From positions 8,022,963-8,086,962 of the forward strand of contig OZ316893.1 in assembly GCA_973895155.1 (NCBI GenBank): a DNA stretch of 64,000 nucleotides. Reading direction: 5' to 3'. Positions 34,458 through 45,295 of the stretch are shown here, piece by piece. Source of the stretch: Marsupella aquatica (lineage: Eukaryota; Plantae; Marchantiophyta). Made by a program: the position numbers and the translations under genes. The notes under the pieces are model-generated. The model saw only the letters and a list, made by a program, of their open reading frames with translations. It was not told the DNA's origin and searched no databases. Within the stretch, counting starts at the first letter, position 1; the number at the start of each line of letters is the position of its first letter.

Positions 34458-36438
34458 GGCGTAATGTCAGTCAATGCTATGACCGAGTGACAAATCGCAC
34501 AGCAGGCTTATATGATAAGAAGAAGAGATAAACTGCAAAACGTTGGAGCTAATGAAGGATTCAGTTTAGATTCAAATGAGACTGGTTGAGATGCCTAGCT
34601 GAACAGAATATCGGGCACCTAACCTGATTCGTCTTCCCCGTCCATTATAATCTGTCAATCCTGAACACTCATATCTGTCATACACCTTCCTCAGAACTGG
34701 CACACATCCAGAGTCTCACAGGCGCTGTAGGCGTTCAGCTAAAATGATTTTATGACTGCCAGTTGACCATATGGTAGAGACCGCTCGGCTCTCTCAATTT
34801 TGATGAACTCCAGTCAGTAATGTATGCGTGCATGCATTAAGTGGGCATTCGCTTATACTCTCCAAGAATCCACATCGAAATACTTCCAGTCCTGGATTGG
34901 GTTCAGGAGCCTAAAGCAATAAAGTATTTCGCCTCGATGTCTCGCCGTGGTATCATTATGATTGTACTGAACTTCGAGTTCGGATGCAGTCGGTGAGATG
35001 GGTACAGTGATTAAGCCGACCTTCAAACCGAGACAGGTTGAAATCCTTCAAAAAATACAGGGCTCAGGGGAAGAATGAATGCAGGTATCTAGGGCACTCG
35101 TGCCCTTTCGTGCGAAACCCCTTCCCATGTGATGACTCTCTTAAAATCTCCCAACCCAAAGACAGCCAATGCTTCAAACTACCTCACCCGTCTCTACTGA
35201 CTGATAGACGAGGGGAGGACTTTTCACAAAATGCAATTCGCCCACATGACTATTCCTCTGATGACTGATAGATGAGGGAGAGCACTTCTTCCAATGTTAT
35301 GCAAAGTCCTCAAATGACTATCCTACTAGTCACGGAGATGGGCGAATTGACAAGACATCTAGTGCTTTTCTTATGAACTGACTCAATCTGGCCAGAATAG
35401 CTGACACTTTTTGCGTTTTCTGATGTTTCTGGTGCCCGTCCATCACCGTGGCGATTCAGATCCCTTCCTTCATCTGGCTTTGTCCCATTTTCTATTGCAT
35501 TCCTTTTCATGGTTTATTACTTCATGGCATTCACTGCTGATGGAGCTCAAGTAACACGGGTAGATGGAGGCCAGGTCGGAGTGATGTCAATTACTGTGAA
35601 TGCCGTGGCTCCAGTGTAAGCTAAACTACTGGTTAAATTCAATGCAGTGACAAGAAGGCCAGTAATTTGTGATGCCTTAAATGGTCTGGGATTGTTGCTG
35701 GACAAGTTCTGCAAGCTTGTCTTAGGGGATTCTAAATGCCATAGTAGAAGTTTTCAAAACTCCACAATTCAATAAACTGTTTGCTATTGTCAGCGAGAAT
35801 GGAAATTGCCCAAAATTGGGACCGCCAACAGATGTTTCACGAACTTCGATATTGTTTCATGTAGTGCTAGGCGGTTAGGCAGTAGCTGAAATTCAAGTTG
35901 TAATGAATGCACTTCAGTTGATACCAGTGGCAGCCGTGTGTTAAATCTCAGTTTGTTCTTACCAAAAAGAACTCTTGAGAGAGTGTAGATGCGGAATTGA
36001 TGAAGTTGGGCTAGAACACGGATAAAGAGGGTTTCTAGATGGAATCCCAGAAAACATTTAGAGAGCATTCGACCCTGCAAGTCTATGAGAATACATGAGA
36101 AAGGAGAGCGATTGCCACACTCGTTCAATTCGGAATTGACAGATACAGTGTGTTCTTCAAATCCGTTATCTTCAATGAAAGGCTTGGTATTCCCCTTGAT
36201 CACAGGCATGTGAAAGTAGATGCAACTCAAGCAACAGCTCGTTGCTGAAGTACAGTACATCTTAAGCGAGAAGAGATGGCAAATGAACTTGTGACAAATT
36301 GACGAGTGTGTAGATTCCTGCACTTCTGTAGCATTCCTTGCCGACGTGGACATTTGCAGTTTGTCAAAACTGTAAACCTGTGGCAAATTGACAACTCATT
36401 GAATTGAGACGTTTTCTTTAACATTACATCGGCAATTG

Positions 36439-38478
36439 CTAGGTCTTCTTCTTTTTCTTTGCCTCCCTTTCTTTTTGCCTGTCTTTCGTATCCTTGCCCT
36501 TGTCACTCTTCCCCTTCGCCTTCTTTTCCTTTGGTTCCTCGAGAGGAGGAACTTCCTCAACCTTTTTTGGAGCATGTTCCAAATCGCTCTCTACTCCCGT
36601 GTCTTCGACAAAGAAATCTAAATGTTCTAACTTTTGTACATCTCTCAAATGCCTGTTTCTACAAGACTTGTCTTCGGCCCAAAATTGGTATGGCTCATCA
36701 AAACAATGGGTTGACCTACCCCAATATTTCCACAGCATGTCATCCTCGGGCTCTTCTTTGTTCTCACCAACGCGCTCTCCGTCCTTATTATGATTGTCCT
36801 CTACATTTCGTTTGCTTGTTTTTGAAGCCTTAGAATCACCTTTGGTGGTCTTGTCCTTGTCCTTCTTTTTCTCTTCGTTTTTCTCTTTCCTTCTAGATTT
36901 TGCATCATCCTGTTTGTCTCCATTCTCAACCTTCTTCTCTTGATTCTTCACCTTCTTATCGCGCTTTTTGTCCTTCTCGTCTTTTCCCGCTGTACTGTTG
37001 ACAGCCTCAGCAGATACCTCAGTATGAATTTTGATGGGCTGCACTATTGGTGCAATCCTTCCCTCACAGAGATATAATTCCACAACTCCCCATTGACTCC
37101 ACATTAAGGGAGTGTACTCGCATTGGGGGGTGGTGTCTAAAAGTTGAGTATACCTATCAATGTATGGACGGAGCAATAGCATGCCTTGTTTGAGGTCTCT
37201 CTTCCAAGGACTTGGCTTGTACCACTTTACCATTGAACCTTTGGGTCTGTTCTTTTTGTCTCCCCATTCATCATGCATCCATGCCCGAGGGTCACGGATG
37301 ACGATGTCTCCAAATTGGGGGCGAAATTCCCCCATGCCACATTGCATCCCTGCTTTGCTATACTTGTAGTTGCAGGTCAGGCTTGCGCGGTAAGGTCTGA
37401 AAACTGCCTCCCCTGGATGAGGAATAAAGGGGTCTGGTACTTTTTGGATTATGTTGAACAAATCTGGAATGCCATCCAAGGTAAACTCCGGTAGAGTACC
37501 AATCTGAAGCTCCTTTGCTTGCACTTCTGGATTCTTCTCCTTCCCACTCTTCTTGTCTTTCTTCTTTTCCTTTTCACTCTTTTTCTTCTTACTAGTCTTC
37601 TCTGTTCCTTCCACTTCTTTGCTTTCGACCTTTTTTGAATCCTTCTTCTTATCTTTCTTCGCCTTCTTAGTGTCCTTACTATCTTTAATCTCCAAAGGTG
37701 CAACAAGAGGGGGAGGTTTGATGGGTTCGGCTCGAACCAGAGCAGCTTGTCCGCCCAAAAACCTCCATTGTTTGTCCTTAGTCAAGGCTCGGACTTCCAC
37801 TTTGTTGTAGGGAATGTAATCGACCACATTCTTGGAGTAGGAAAAGCTTCCCAACCGTACCACAAGATCATGTTGATTAAGCTCCAAACCCCTTTGATCA
37901 CTGAAAGATGACACAAAACCCCATTCTGCCCTCAATCCGACCAGTGCTTGAGGTCCAGATGGATGAAAGATCACAATATCTCCTCGAGCCGGCTGGAAGT
38001 GAGGATCTATGTCTCCTACGCAAAGAAAGTTTTCGTAAGGGTCAATCTCTATTGGAGGGGGAGGGGTCCACTTCCAATTCCAGCGTCTCCATATCTCCTC
38101 ACATTTTTCACAGAGGTCATGCCGATGAGTTAACTCGTACTTGAAGTGGCAATCACAATTGCTCCCATCATAGTGCTTAATGATACTTGGAGGCTTGAAG
38201 GGATCATCCAAAACATTTTCAAGTTTTTGTGACCTTGTGAAGACAGAAGGATTTCCCTCGGCATTGACAATAGATATAAATTGATGCTCCCCTTGTGCTA
38301 GAGGGGGGAATACTTCTTTGCCTGTTATGAGAGGAAGAGGATTAATCCAAGGCTTGGGCACATCTGGATTCGAGGGGTCTGATGATTCCTCATTCACGAG
38401 GTCCTTCGATTTTCCTGGCTTTCCTTTCAGTTCAGGATTCTTGCTTTCTTTTGCTTCCTTCTTTCGTTTTGGAGCCAT
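36439..38478 (-). CDS. Intronless Lys/Glu-rich protein of unknown function (679 aa)
   Basis: 2-kb uninterrupted ORF starting MAPKRKKEAK; four K/E/D-rich tracts alternate with Trp/Pro/Cys-containing globular-looking blocks. Confidence 0.85.
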   Translation of the reverse strand: MAPKRKKEAKESKNPELKGKPGKSKDLVNEESSDPSNPDVPKPWINPLPLITGKEVFPPLAQGEHQFISIVNAEGNPSVFTRSQKLENVLDDPFKPPSIIKHYDGSNCDCHFKYELTHRHDLCEKCEEIWRRWNWKWTPPPPIEIDPYENFLCVGDIDPHFQPARGDIVIFHPSGPQALVGLRAEWGFVSSFSDQRGLELNQHDLVVRLGSFSYSKNVVDYIPYNKVEVRALTKDKQWRFLGGQAALVRAEPIKPPPLVAPLEIKDSKDTKKAKKDKKKDSKKVESKEVEGTEKTSKKKKSEKEKKKDKKSGKEKNPEVQAKELQIGTLPEFTLDGIPDLFNIIQKVPDPFIPHPGEAVFRPYRASLTCNYKYSKAGMQCGMGEFRPQFGDIVIRDPRAWMHDEWGDKKNRPKGSMVKWYKPSPWKRDLKQGMLLLRPYIDRYTQLLDTTPQCEYTPLMWSQWGVVELYLCEGRIAPIVQPIKIHTEVSAEAVNSTAGKDEKDKKRDKKVKNQEKKVENGDKQDDAKSRRKEKNEEKKKDKDKTTKGDSKASKTSKRNVEDNHNKDGERVGENKEEPEDDMLWKYWGRSTHCFDEPYQFWAEDKSCRNRHLRDVQKLEHLDFFVEDTGVESDLEHAPKKVEEVPPLEEPKEKKAKGKSDKGKDTKDRQKEREAKKKKKT

Positions 38479-41400
38479 GGAGATCCTACCTTGATCTCCA
38501 ATCAACTTCCAGTATGCATATTATAGCTCTCACCTTTCCTGTGCATATTATGCTGAGTCAATGTCACGACCATCCTGAGTTTGGGAAAGAATTGGTCTCC
38601 AAAATGTAAATTGGCTTGAGAAGTGACATTTCTTGTAGATTTGCACTACATTGTGATCGATAACGATAGCTTGACAAATAGCTGGATATGTTCTTGTGAC
38701 TCCACTTTGTGTTTGACAACTGCCATCAGGTGGAGCCAATCGATTGCTTGAGACAGCATTGAGACCTCAGAGTAGGAAGACAAGGTAGCAAATAAGACAC
38801 TAGGGTTTGTACAGAAATCAAGCCCTTGTAATTGGCGTCAGCTTCCAATCATATTTAAACCGAAGAATGTTGTGGTTCTTAGCTGCTTGAGGCTAAGAAT
38901 TAGATAATATAAATCGTTGTTGAGTATCATGTAGTCATGGCGTGTTGAAGTAACTACTCATGGTTTGGGATTCTTAAAACCATGTTTGAAGGGTACATTC
39001 TTTCAGCATGAGTAGCTTGTGGTGGCCATGATTAGAGACTTAGGAAGCCACGATGATGGCTGTCAGGACATTTTGCAATCTGACTATCTGGGAGATCATG
39101 AAAAGCTGGAAACTTTAAAATTGCAAGGAGACCCTAAACTCACAATGTTTTTGTGATGAAAACATTTGAGTCGGATGAGATCTGCACTGTCTGTTGGTTC
39201 CTAAATACAAAGTTCACTAACGATTCCCGACATTCATCCATGCTCATCCAATCTCTTGAGAACCATTTCTTCTATATGGCCCCCTGAGTACAAGTTGATT
39301 GAGGAGAATTTCTGTATGAAGAAGTGAATACATGTAACATTTCAGTAGTCATACCTTTTCGTATCATAAAAGCAGGATAGAATTTGAGCTCTTAGAGTGT
39401 TTCATCTCGTGCACTATAATATGTAAAGTGCCTAAGGTGCTGTCACATCTTGCAGTTTTAGGATGGACATTTGAGCTGACTATGAATTTTGTCACATACT
39501 ACACGCAAGGAAACCTGATGTTTGCTCATAAAGGACAATTGAAAGTTATTAATTCTTGGAAGACATTGCGAGAAAGAAGGAAAACATTAAAAAAAAACAT
39601 GAAAATGTCTTCAAGTTATTTTGAGGAAAAATGTCTTCAAAGTGTGAAACGGGTTGCAATTGATTCTGAAGGGTTTTTTTTTATTGCTGTGAATGCTCAG
39701 TGGGGAGGATCCCTGCCCATAGAAAACGCAGTAGCCTATCTGGAGAACATTTCATGACACCTTACACAGGATGATCGTGTATTAGTAAGGTAACACTAGT
39801 AAGGTAAACTACCAGTCAAAGTAAGTTATGGGACAATAAATTACACTACTCTAGATATAATACCAAGCCTAAACCGTTGGCTGAGAGAAAGTTAGATGCA
39901 TAGTCCATCTATCTAGTGGGTTTTCAGCTTTGTCCACAGTAGGTTATGGAAATCTGGGGGCGGCCTGGAGCATAACTAATAAAGGATGAGGCACTTGGTA
40001 CTTTGTGTTTGCTTTTTGGGAAAAAGTGACAAATTTGAACAACCACATTTAGCTTAATGGTATATTTTGGCAATCAAATCTTGATCAGTGCAAGTAAATG
40101 TGACAACATATTTTCAGATGTCTAAATTCAGCTAGTTGGAAAAAGGGCAGGTTTGAAAGTTTAGAGAATATCACAAAACTGAGGGAGTAAATTTATGCTC
40201 CGCCTGCTCAAGAGGTGAATGGAAACTGTATTTCCTGTTTGAGTACGTGTTGGAATCATCATATAGACAAGACATCTGCACGTGAATTTCACCTGCAGCA
40301 GAGAGAAAGTAGAGAGAGTCTCAGTGGGAATCACTAAACTTCTGGGGGTTGAATGAAATTTTTAGACGGTGGAGAAAACGCAAAACGAAATGAAGGGGTA
40401 TCAATGGTAAGAACAACAGACTGACATTCACGACAGTTGTATTGAATATTTCGAAAGTTAGCTCATTTCTACGCAGAGTTCATGAAAGAGCCGAGTCAAG
40501 AAGTTGTTAGAGTTGTGCAACTTTTGCGAGCATGATTGCTTTCACACGGAGAGATTTGCTTATGCATCCTTGACCTTGACCTTTGTCCAGATTTGTCTTC
40601 AATCGTGAATGCTAGCTAATCCATGTGCCATGGAGGAGTCGATGTTGGTTGTTCAATCAAGAAATGAGCCACCTGTACAAATAAAGACACTTAGTTCCAA
40701 CAACATTCATGTGCTTCCATGCATTTCATCCAAGAAGGCAAACGATTCGGCCTTGCTAGTTCACTGACAATGCAGAGCTTCCTTGTCACTTAAAGCATTA
40801 TGAGATATGGCAGGAACAATATTCTGTATTCAACAGATTGAATGCTCTATACTGACTATCCTCGTCAAGAGAGGGAGATCTAAGACTTCATCCTGGGACA
40901 TTAATGGAGGTGAAAAACATTAGTCTAATTCGCTTCAGTTGGTGGTCCTCTGGCGTTTGACATTATCATTCTGGCTGTGAATCCGCAAAAGCTTCAAGCA
41001 AAGCACCATTTTGGTATTTCGAAAAGGAACAAGAAAAGCTCAATTCCTGGTAGAGAGGTGGAAGGGTTGCGAAACTGCTCTGCTACAACCTGGGGGACTA
41101 CATCGATCTTCTCGTGGGAACATTTTACAAGCTATACTGTATTGTATATCTTGTAGACACCACCAAAATGTAGGCAAAGGTAAGAAATTAAAACATCGTG
41201 GACAGCAGTCTAACTCTGTCCTGCCGTGTGGCCATTGCAGCAGAAATATAAACCCCACCTCTGTTGGTACCAGGTTCCTGAATTCTGTCCAAGTTATCTC
41301 CGAATAGCTCTGCGCTAAATGTACGTCTTGCAAATCAACCTAGACGATCTTTTCCGGATATAGACAGCTTCGTTAAGTTGAGGGGTGGGGCTGTGCTATA

Positions 41401-41511
41401 AGTAACATCAAAATTGCCCTCCCATTTTCTCAAATGATTGTAGACAGATTAGCCTTGGAGTTGGAAGGAAGTTTCCAATTCAAAAATTCAAAAATTCACT
41501 GAAAAACTAGT

Positions 41512-42039
41512 CTATTCCTGACGAGGTGCAGTAGGATTGAGATCGCCCAGAATGTCATCTGGGCTCCACATCTTGGCCTGCTTGAACAGCTTCCTGCAAG
41601 CCTCGAGAACGTCCCTGGGCCTTGAAGTGCCAGTCACGGTCACCTTTTCTGTCTTTCTGTCGCACACCACTGATGACACACCTTCCAATTGCGTCAAGGA
41701 TTTGGCCTTGCTCTCGCATTTTCCGCAGCACATAGCAACCCTCAGCACCACGTCCGTCTCCATTTGGTGATCGTTGTCATAAGAATCCTGGGACGACTCG
41801 AGACTTCCGGTCCTGGAGTAATGCGTACCAGAGGAGTCAATGCTGAGTGTCCTTGACAGGTAGCTCGAGTACGCATCATCCAGCAGGTTCTCCTCGTCGT
41901 TTTCGGTGGCGATTGACATCCATGAAGGCTTCTCCGCCTCGCTCTTGTAGAAGAACTCGTTGAAAGCCTCCGAGGACTGGTCCATAAATCCTCCTCCTCC
42001 CAGGCCTGAATTGCCTCCAAGTAACCTCCTCGATGTCAT
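41512..42039 (-). CDS. Heavy-metal-associated (HMA) domain protein (HPP type, no CaaX)
   Basis: VVLRVAMCCGKCESKAKSLTQLEGVSSVVCDRKTEKVTVTG..P.DVLEAC..AKMW is an HMA fold with CCxxC; acidic Ser-rich N-terminus. Confidence 0.9.
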   Translation of the reverse strand: MTSRRLLGGNSGLGGGGFMDQSSEAFNEFFYKSEAEKPSWMSIATENDEENLLDDAYSSYLSRTLSIDSSGTHYSRTGSLESSQDSYDNDHQMETDVVLRVAMCCGKCESKAKSLTQLEGVSSVVCDRKTEKVTVTGTSRPRDVLEACRKLFKQAKMWSPDDILGDLNPTAPRQE

Positions 42040-43210
42040 TCGAACAAACCTTCAATTCCTCGCAAGGGGAGCTTGCTTCAACCTCAAGAGAAGTAGTGAC
42101 AAACAATAACTCAATCTTCGAAGGCTCAGCGATCTGTTAATAAGGAGCAAGCGCAAGATCTACAGTTCAACACTGTTAGCCAACAACACTGTGGACGGCA
42201 AGAAGCTTCATAGACACGCAGCTGAGCTCCTCCTCGCGGCTACTACAGTGCTGTAAAAGCAAACTGCAGTACAGTACGATCTTTCTGCACTGTAGTTCAG
42301 TTCCACTGTAGTGTTCTCATTTGAGGGTGACGCTCCATGAACACCTTTTGCAACCCATAGAAACTTCCGTGGCATCACCGAAAGCCTAGCATCGTCTGGG
42401 ACCCGCCGACCTGCTTGCCCAGGACATCAAGGTAACTGGCCTCCGATGACATATCGAATTGTTTCAGTCCCAAACATTAATGCTACGCAAGAGATGGTTA
42501 CATTATCTGGCGTGACATTGAGCAGATGATTGGTAGGATGACAACACGATGAGGATGTTAGTCTTCACCTACCAATTTCAGTAGTGACAGAAAGCAGTAG
42601 GGAGTAGCTGGCCTAAGCTCGGATACAAGACATTCGACAGAAAAGTCGAGTCTCACAGATGGGTACATGTTGAGTAAATGTTTTGATGAGCAGTATCTAC
42701 ACTCATTTAGGGACATCCCAATTGCAATTAATACTAACCAGAAGTTCACTGTGACAATTATGGAGCCGACATCACATCATGAGTTTACGAGGTGAGGTTG
42801 ACTCTACATTTCTTATTACCAAAAATGTTAAGTGACACGTCATGTATCGGACATGGTTAGGCAGTCTTTCAGCTCACTACACGATCATAGTAACAGGCCT
42901 TTGGACAGACAACTGATCGAACTGTTTGAAGTCCCAATGTTGTTCGGTTTGAAAGAGCTGAACAGTTACATGCAATTGGACATATTGTGGTAATTGTCAC
43001 ATTCACAATTAGTGCAAGAATTTTGGTAATCGTAAGATTCATTTGTTCTTCGCGCAGATGCAGCTTTGCTGGACAAGTAGAAAGAATCAATGGCTCCTGC
43101 TGTCATCAAAGAAGCGTTGATTGCACAAAAGTAATGCCGTTCGGACCATGCGTTGTCGAATCCCATGTCATCAGAACCTTTGCCTTTTGAGAGTTTGGAA
43201 GGCCAACCAG

Positions 43211-43850
43211 TTGTTCCCGGACTTGGAACCGAGTAACAGCTCAGGGAGTTCCAAATACGCAGGTTGATACAGTTTCCGACGCTTCAAGAGATTCGTCCGG
43301 GATCAAAGTCGCATGTGAAGGGTCAGCTGACAAAAATTACTGGAAGATCCCGAAGAAATTCGATGGGCCTTCTGAGGGGGACGGTGGAAGTGGACCTTTG
43401 CCTCGAATTCCATTGCCGACTCGCTATTATCGCAAGAGCTTCTTTTCCCGGACTTCGAACGCACTAAACTTAGGGAGTTCCAAATACGCAGGTTCATTAG
43501 ACTTTCCAACGCTTCAAGAGACTCCTCCGGGATCAAAGTCGAATGTGAAGGGTCAGCTGACAAATATCACGGGAAGATCCTGAAAAATTTGATGGGCCTC
43601 GTGGGGGGGACGGTGGAAGTGGACTTTTGTATCACATTCCATTGCCGACTCTATTATCGTGAGAGCTTCGTTGTTCCCGGACTTAGAACCGAGTAATAAC
43701 ACAGGTTCATGAGACTTTCCAACGCTTCAAAGGACTCCTCCGGGATCAAAGTCGAATGTGAAGGGTCAGCTGACAAATATTACGGAATGATCCTGAAGAA
43801 ATTCGATGGGCCTTGTGAGGGAACGGTAGAAGTGGCCTAACATTCCGACT
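43211..43850. repeat. Tandem repeat, ~230-bp unit x ~3
   Basis: ttcccggactt..aac units begin at ~43211, 43441 and 43671; ccgggatcaaagtcg..tgtgaagggtcagctgacaaa is present in each. Confidence 0.9.
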
Positions 43851-44486
43851 CGCTACGGACAGCTTCTCGAACCTTGATGTTGACTCCCCGACAGCTTGAG
43901 GTACTACAGTTCTTCTGGCTCAGCGAGGGAGTTTAATGGAACGTCGTTTCGATTTCACCTGCTCGAAAAAAAAAACGGCCCCAAATGGATTCCATCCGAA
44001 GATAATCATGAGTTAACAAAGGACAAAAGACGGAGGAAAGATACCACGAGGAACACGACTTAGGAGGCGGCTGAGTTTCTCAGTGACTTTATTAGAAGTG
44101 GAAGTTCGTGACAAAGAATTTCACGATAGGATGATCTCACAACCTACAGCTCGGCATCTGACGACCACCTGAAAAACGCAATCCGTCCTGGCGATCGAGG
44201 TACTTCATAAAAGGAACGGACAGTTTCAGTAGACGAAACTGTCATTCGTTGCTCACTCGGTCAGCAATAGCAGCGGGAGATAATTGCGAAGATGAATGAA
44301 ATGAGAATGAGAGTTCTCACGTCCACACCACTCCACAGATGCACGAGGATTTTTTCGAGAGATTAATTCTGTCAGTTAAGAGACTGTGACTTTGTAACGA
44401 GACTAAGCACACCGTGTCGAAATTGTAATATGATCAACATCTGTTTCAGTTGAAACTGTGCTCTCAAAAGACTCTCCTTAATCCAC

Positions 44487-44566
44487 GAAAGGGATATTTT
44501 ATTATGACATCATTCACAATGGATACTGGTTTATTGAGAAAGGTGCAATAATAGAATGTCCCTTTC
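44487..44566 (+). ncRNA. Candidate pre-miRNA hairpin 1
   Basis: Arms 44487-44520 and 44533-44566 pair at 30 of 34 positions, including 3 G:U on the + strand. Confidence 0.55.
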
Positions 44567-44719
44567 ATATTGCAAGAATGATAGAAAGGATGACAAACAA
44601 TTCAATTGTTCGCAGCTGTAGGAATTATGCTGTGAAAGTCTTTAGCCACGGACAATACTTTCACTCGAGAGAAACTCAGTATAACTAGTTGAAATCACAA
44701 CTCAATCACCATGCATTTT

Positions 44720-44850
44720 CCTACTCTCAGAGCTTTCGATACAACATCAAAGGAATATTTTACTATGACATCCTTCACAAGGGATGTTTACTTACTGTGA
44801 AGAATGCCCTAATAAAATATCCTTTCACGTTTAGTCGGAAAGCTGAAAGG
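44720..44850 (+). ncRNA. Candidate pre-miRNA hairpin 2
   Basis: Core arms 44749-44779 and 44796-44825, plus a lower stem agctttcgat/gtcggaaagct. Confidence 0.55.
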
Positions 44851-45014
44851 ATAATTCAATCCACATACATTTTCTGTGGAAAGCACTTACTCTGCAAAGC
44901 CCCACGATTTCTGCAAAAGCATTCTGCCAAGGCAATTTTTCTGCTGCTTGAGAAAACCTCTGTGCGAACAGACTCAAACCACAACATAGTCAGTACAAAC
45001 TTGAATTCACTGAA

Positions 45015-45129
45015 ATGCTCTTGATGACAAGTGAAAGGGATATTTTATTACGACGTCCTTCACAATTCGTGCCGGACAATTGTTGAGGATGTCTTAATAA
45101 AATACCCTTTCACATATCAGAACGAGTAT
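45015..45129 (+). ncRNA. Candidate pre-miRNA hairpin 3
   Basis: Arms 45031-45067 and 45078-45113 pair with 1 bulge, 2 mismatches and 2 G:U; lower stem atgctc-ttgat/atcag-gagtat. Confidence 0.6.
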
Positions 45130-45206
45130 CACTCACATAGCAAATACCGTGCATTCCTTTGCGAATAAGCAGTACATCGTAACAAAAGACAAGACCTTTC
45201 GATGCT

Positions 45207-45295
45207 AGGAATATTTTACTCTGTTACCCTCCACAATGATTTCCTCCGCAATAGTTTCCCAATTTTTGTGATGGTCGCCTCAGCAACATATTCTT
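45207..45295 (+). ncRNA. Degenerate fourth hairpin of the same family
   Basis: aggaatattttact...ccacaa pairs loosely with ttgtg...aacatattctt. Confidence 0.3.

Noticed and set aside
35790-36386. 198-aa minus-strand ORF
   Set aside because: TTG start, random-looking composition and no motif; probably 3' UTR or intergenic sequence.
37960-38000. PARGDIVIF resembling signal peptidase S26 (PxRGDIVVF)
   Set aside because: No catalytic SMxPTL serine or downstream KR motif; likely a shared beta-barrel motif or chance.
44487-45295. Repeat-spacer arrangement considered as a CRISPR array
   Set aside because: Eukaryotic context, units of 80 nt or more that are imperfect, long spacers related to each other, and no cas genes.
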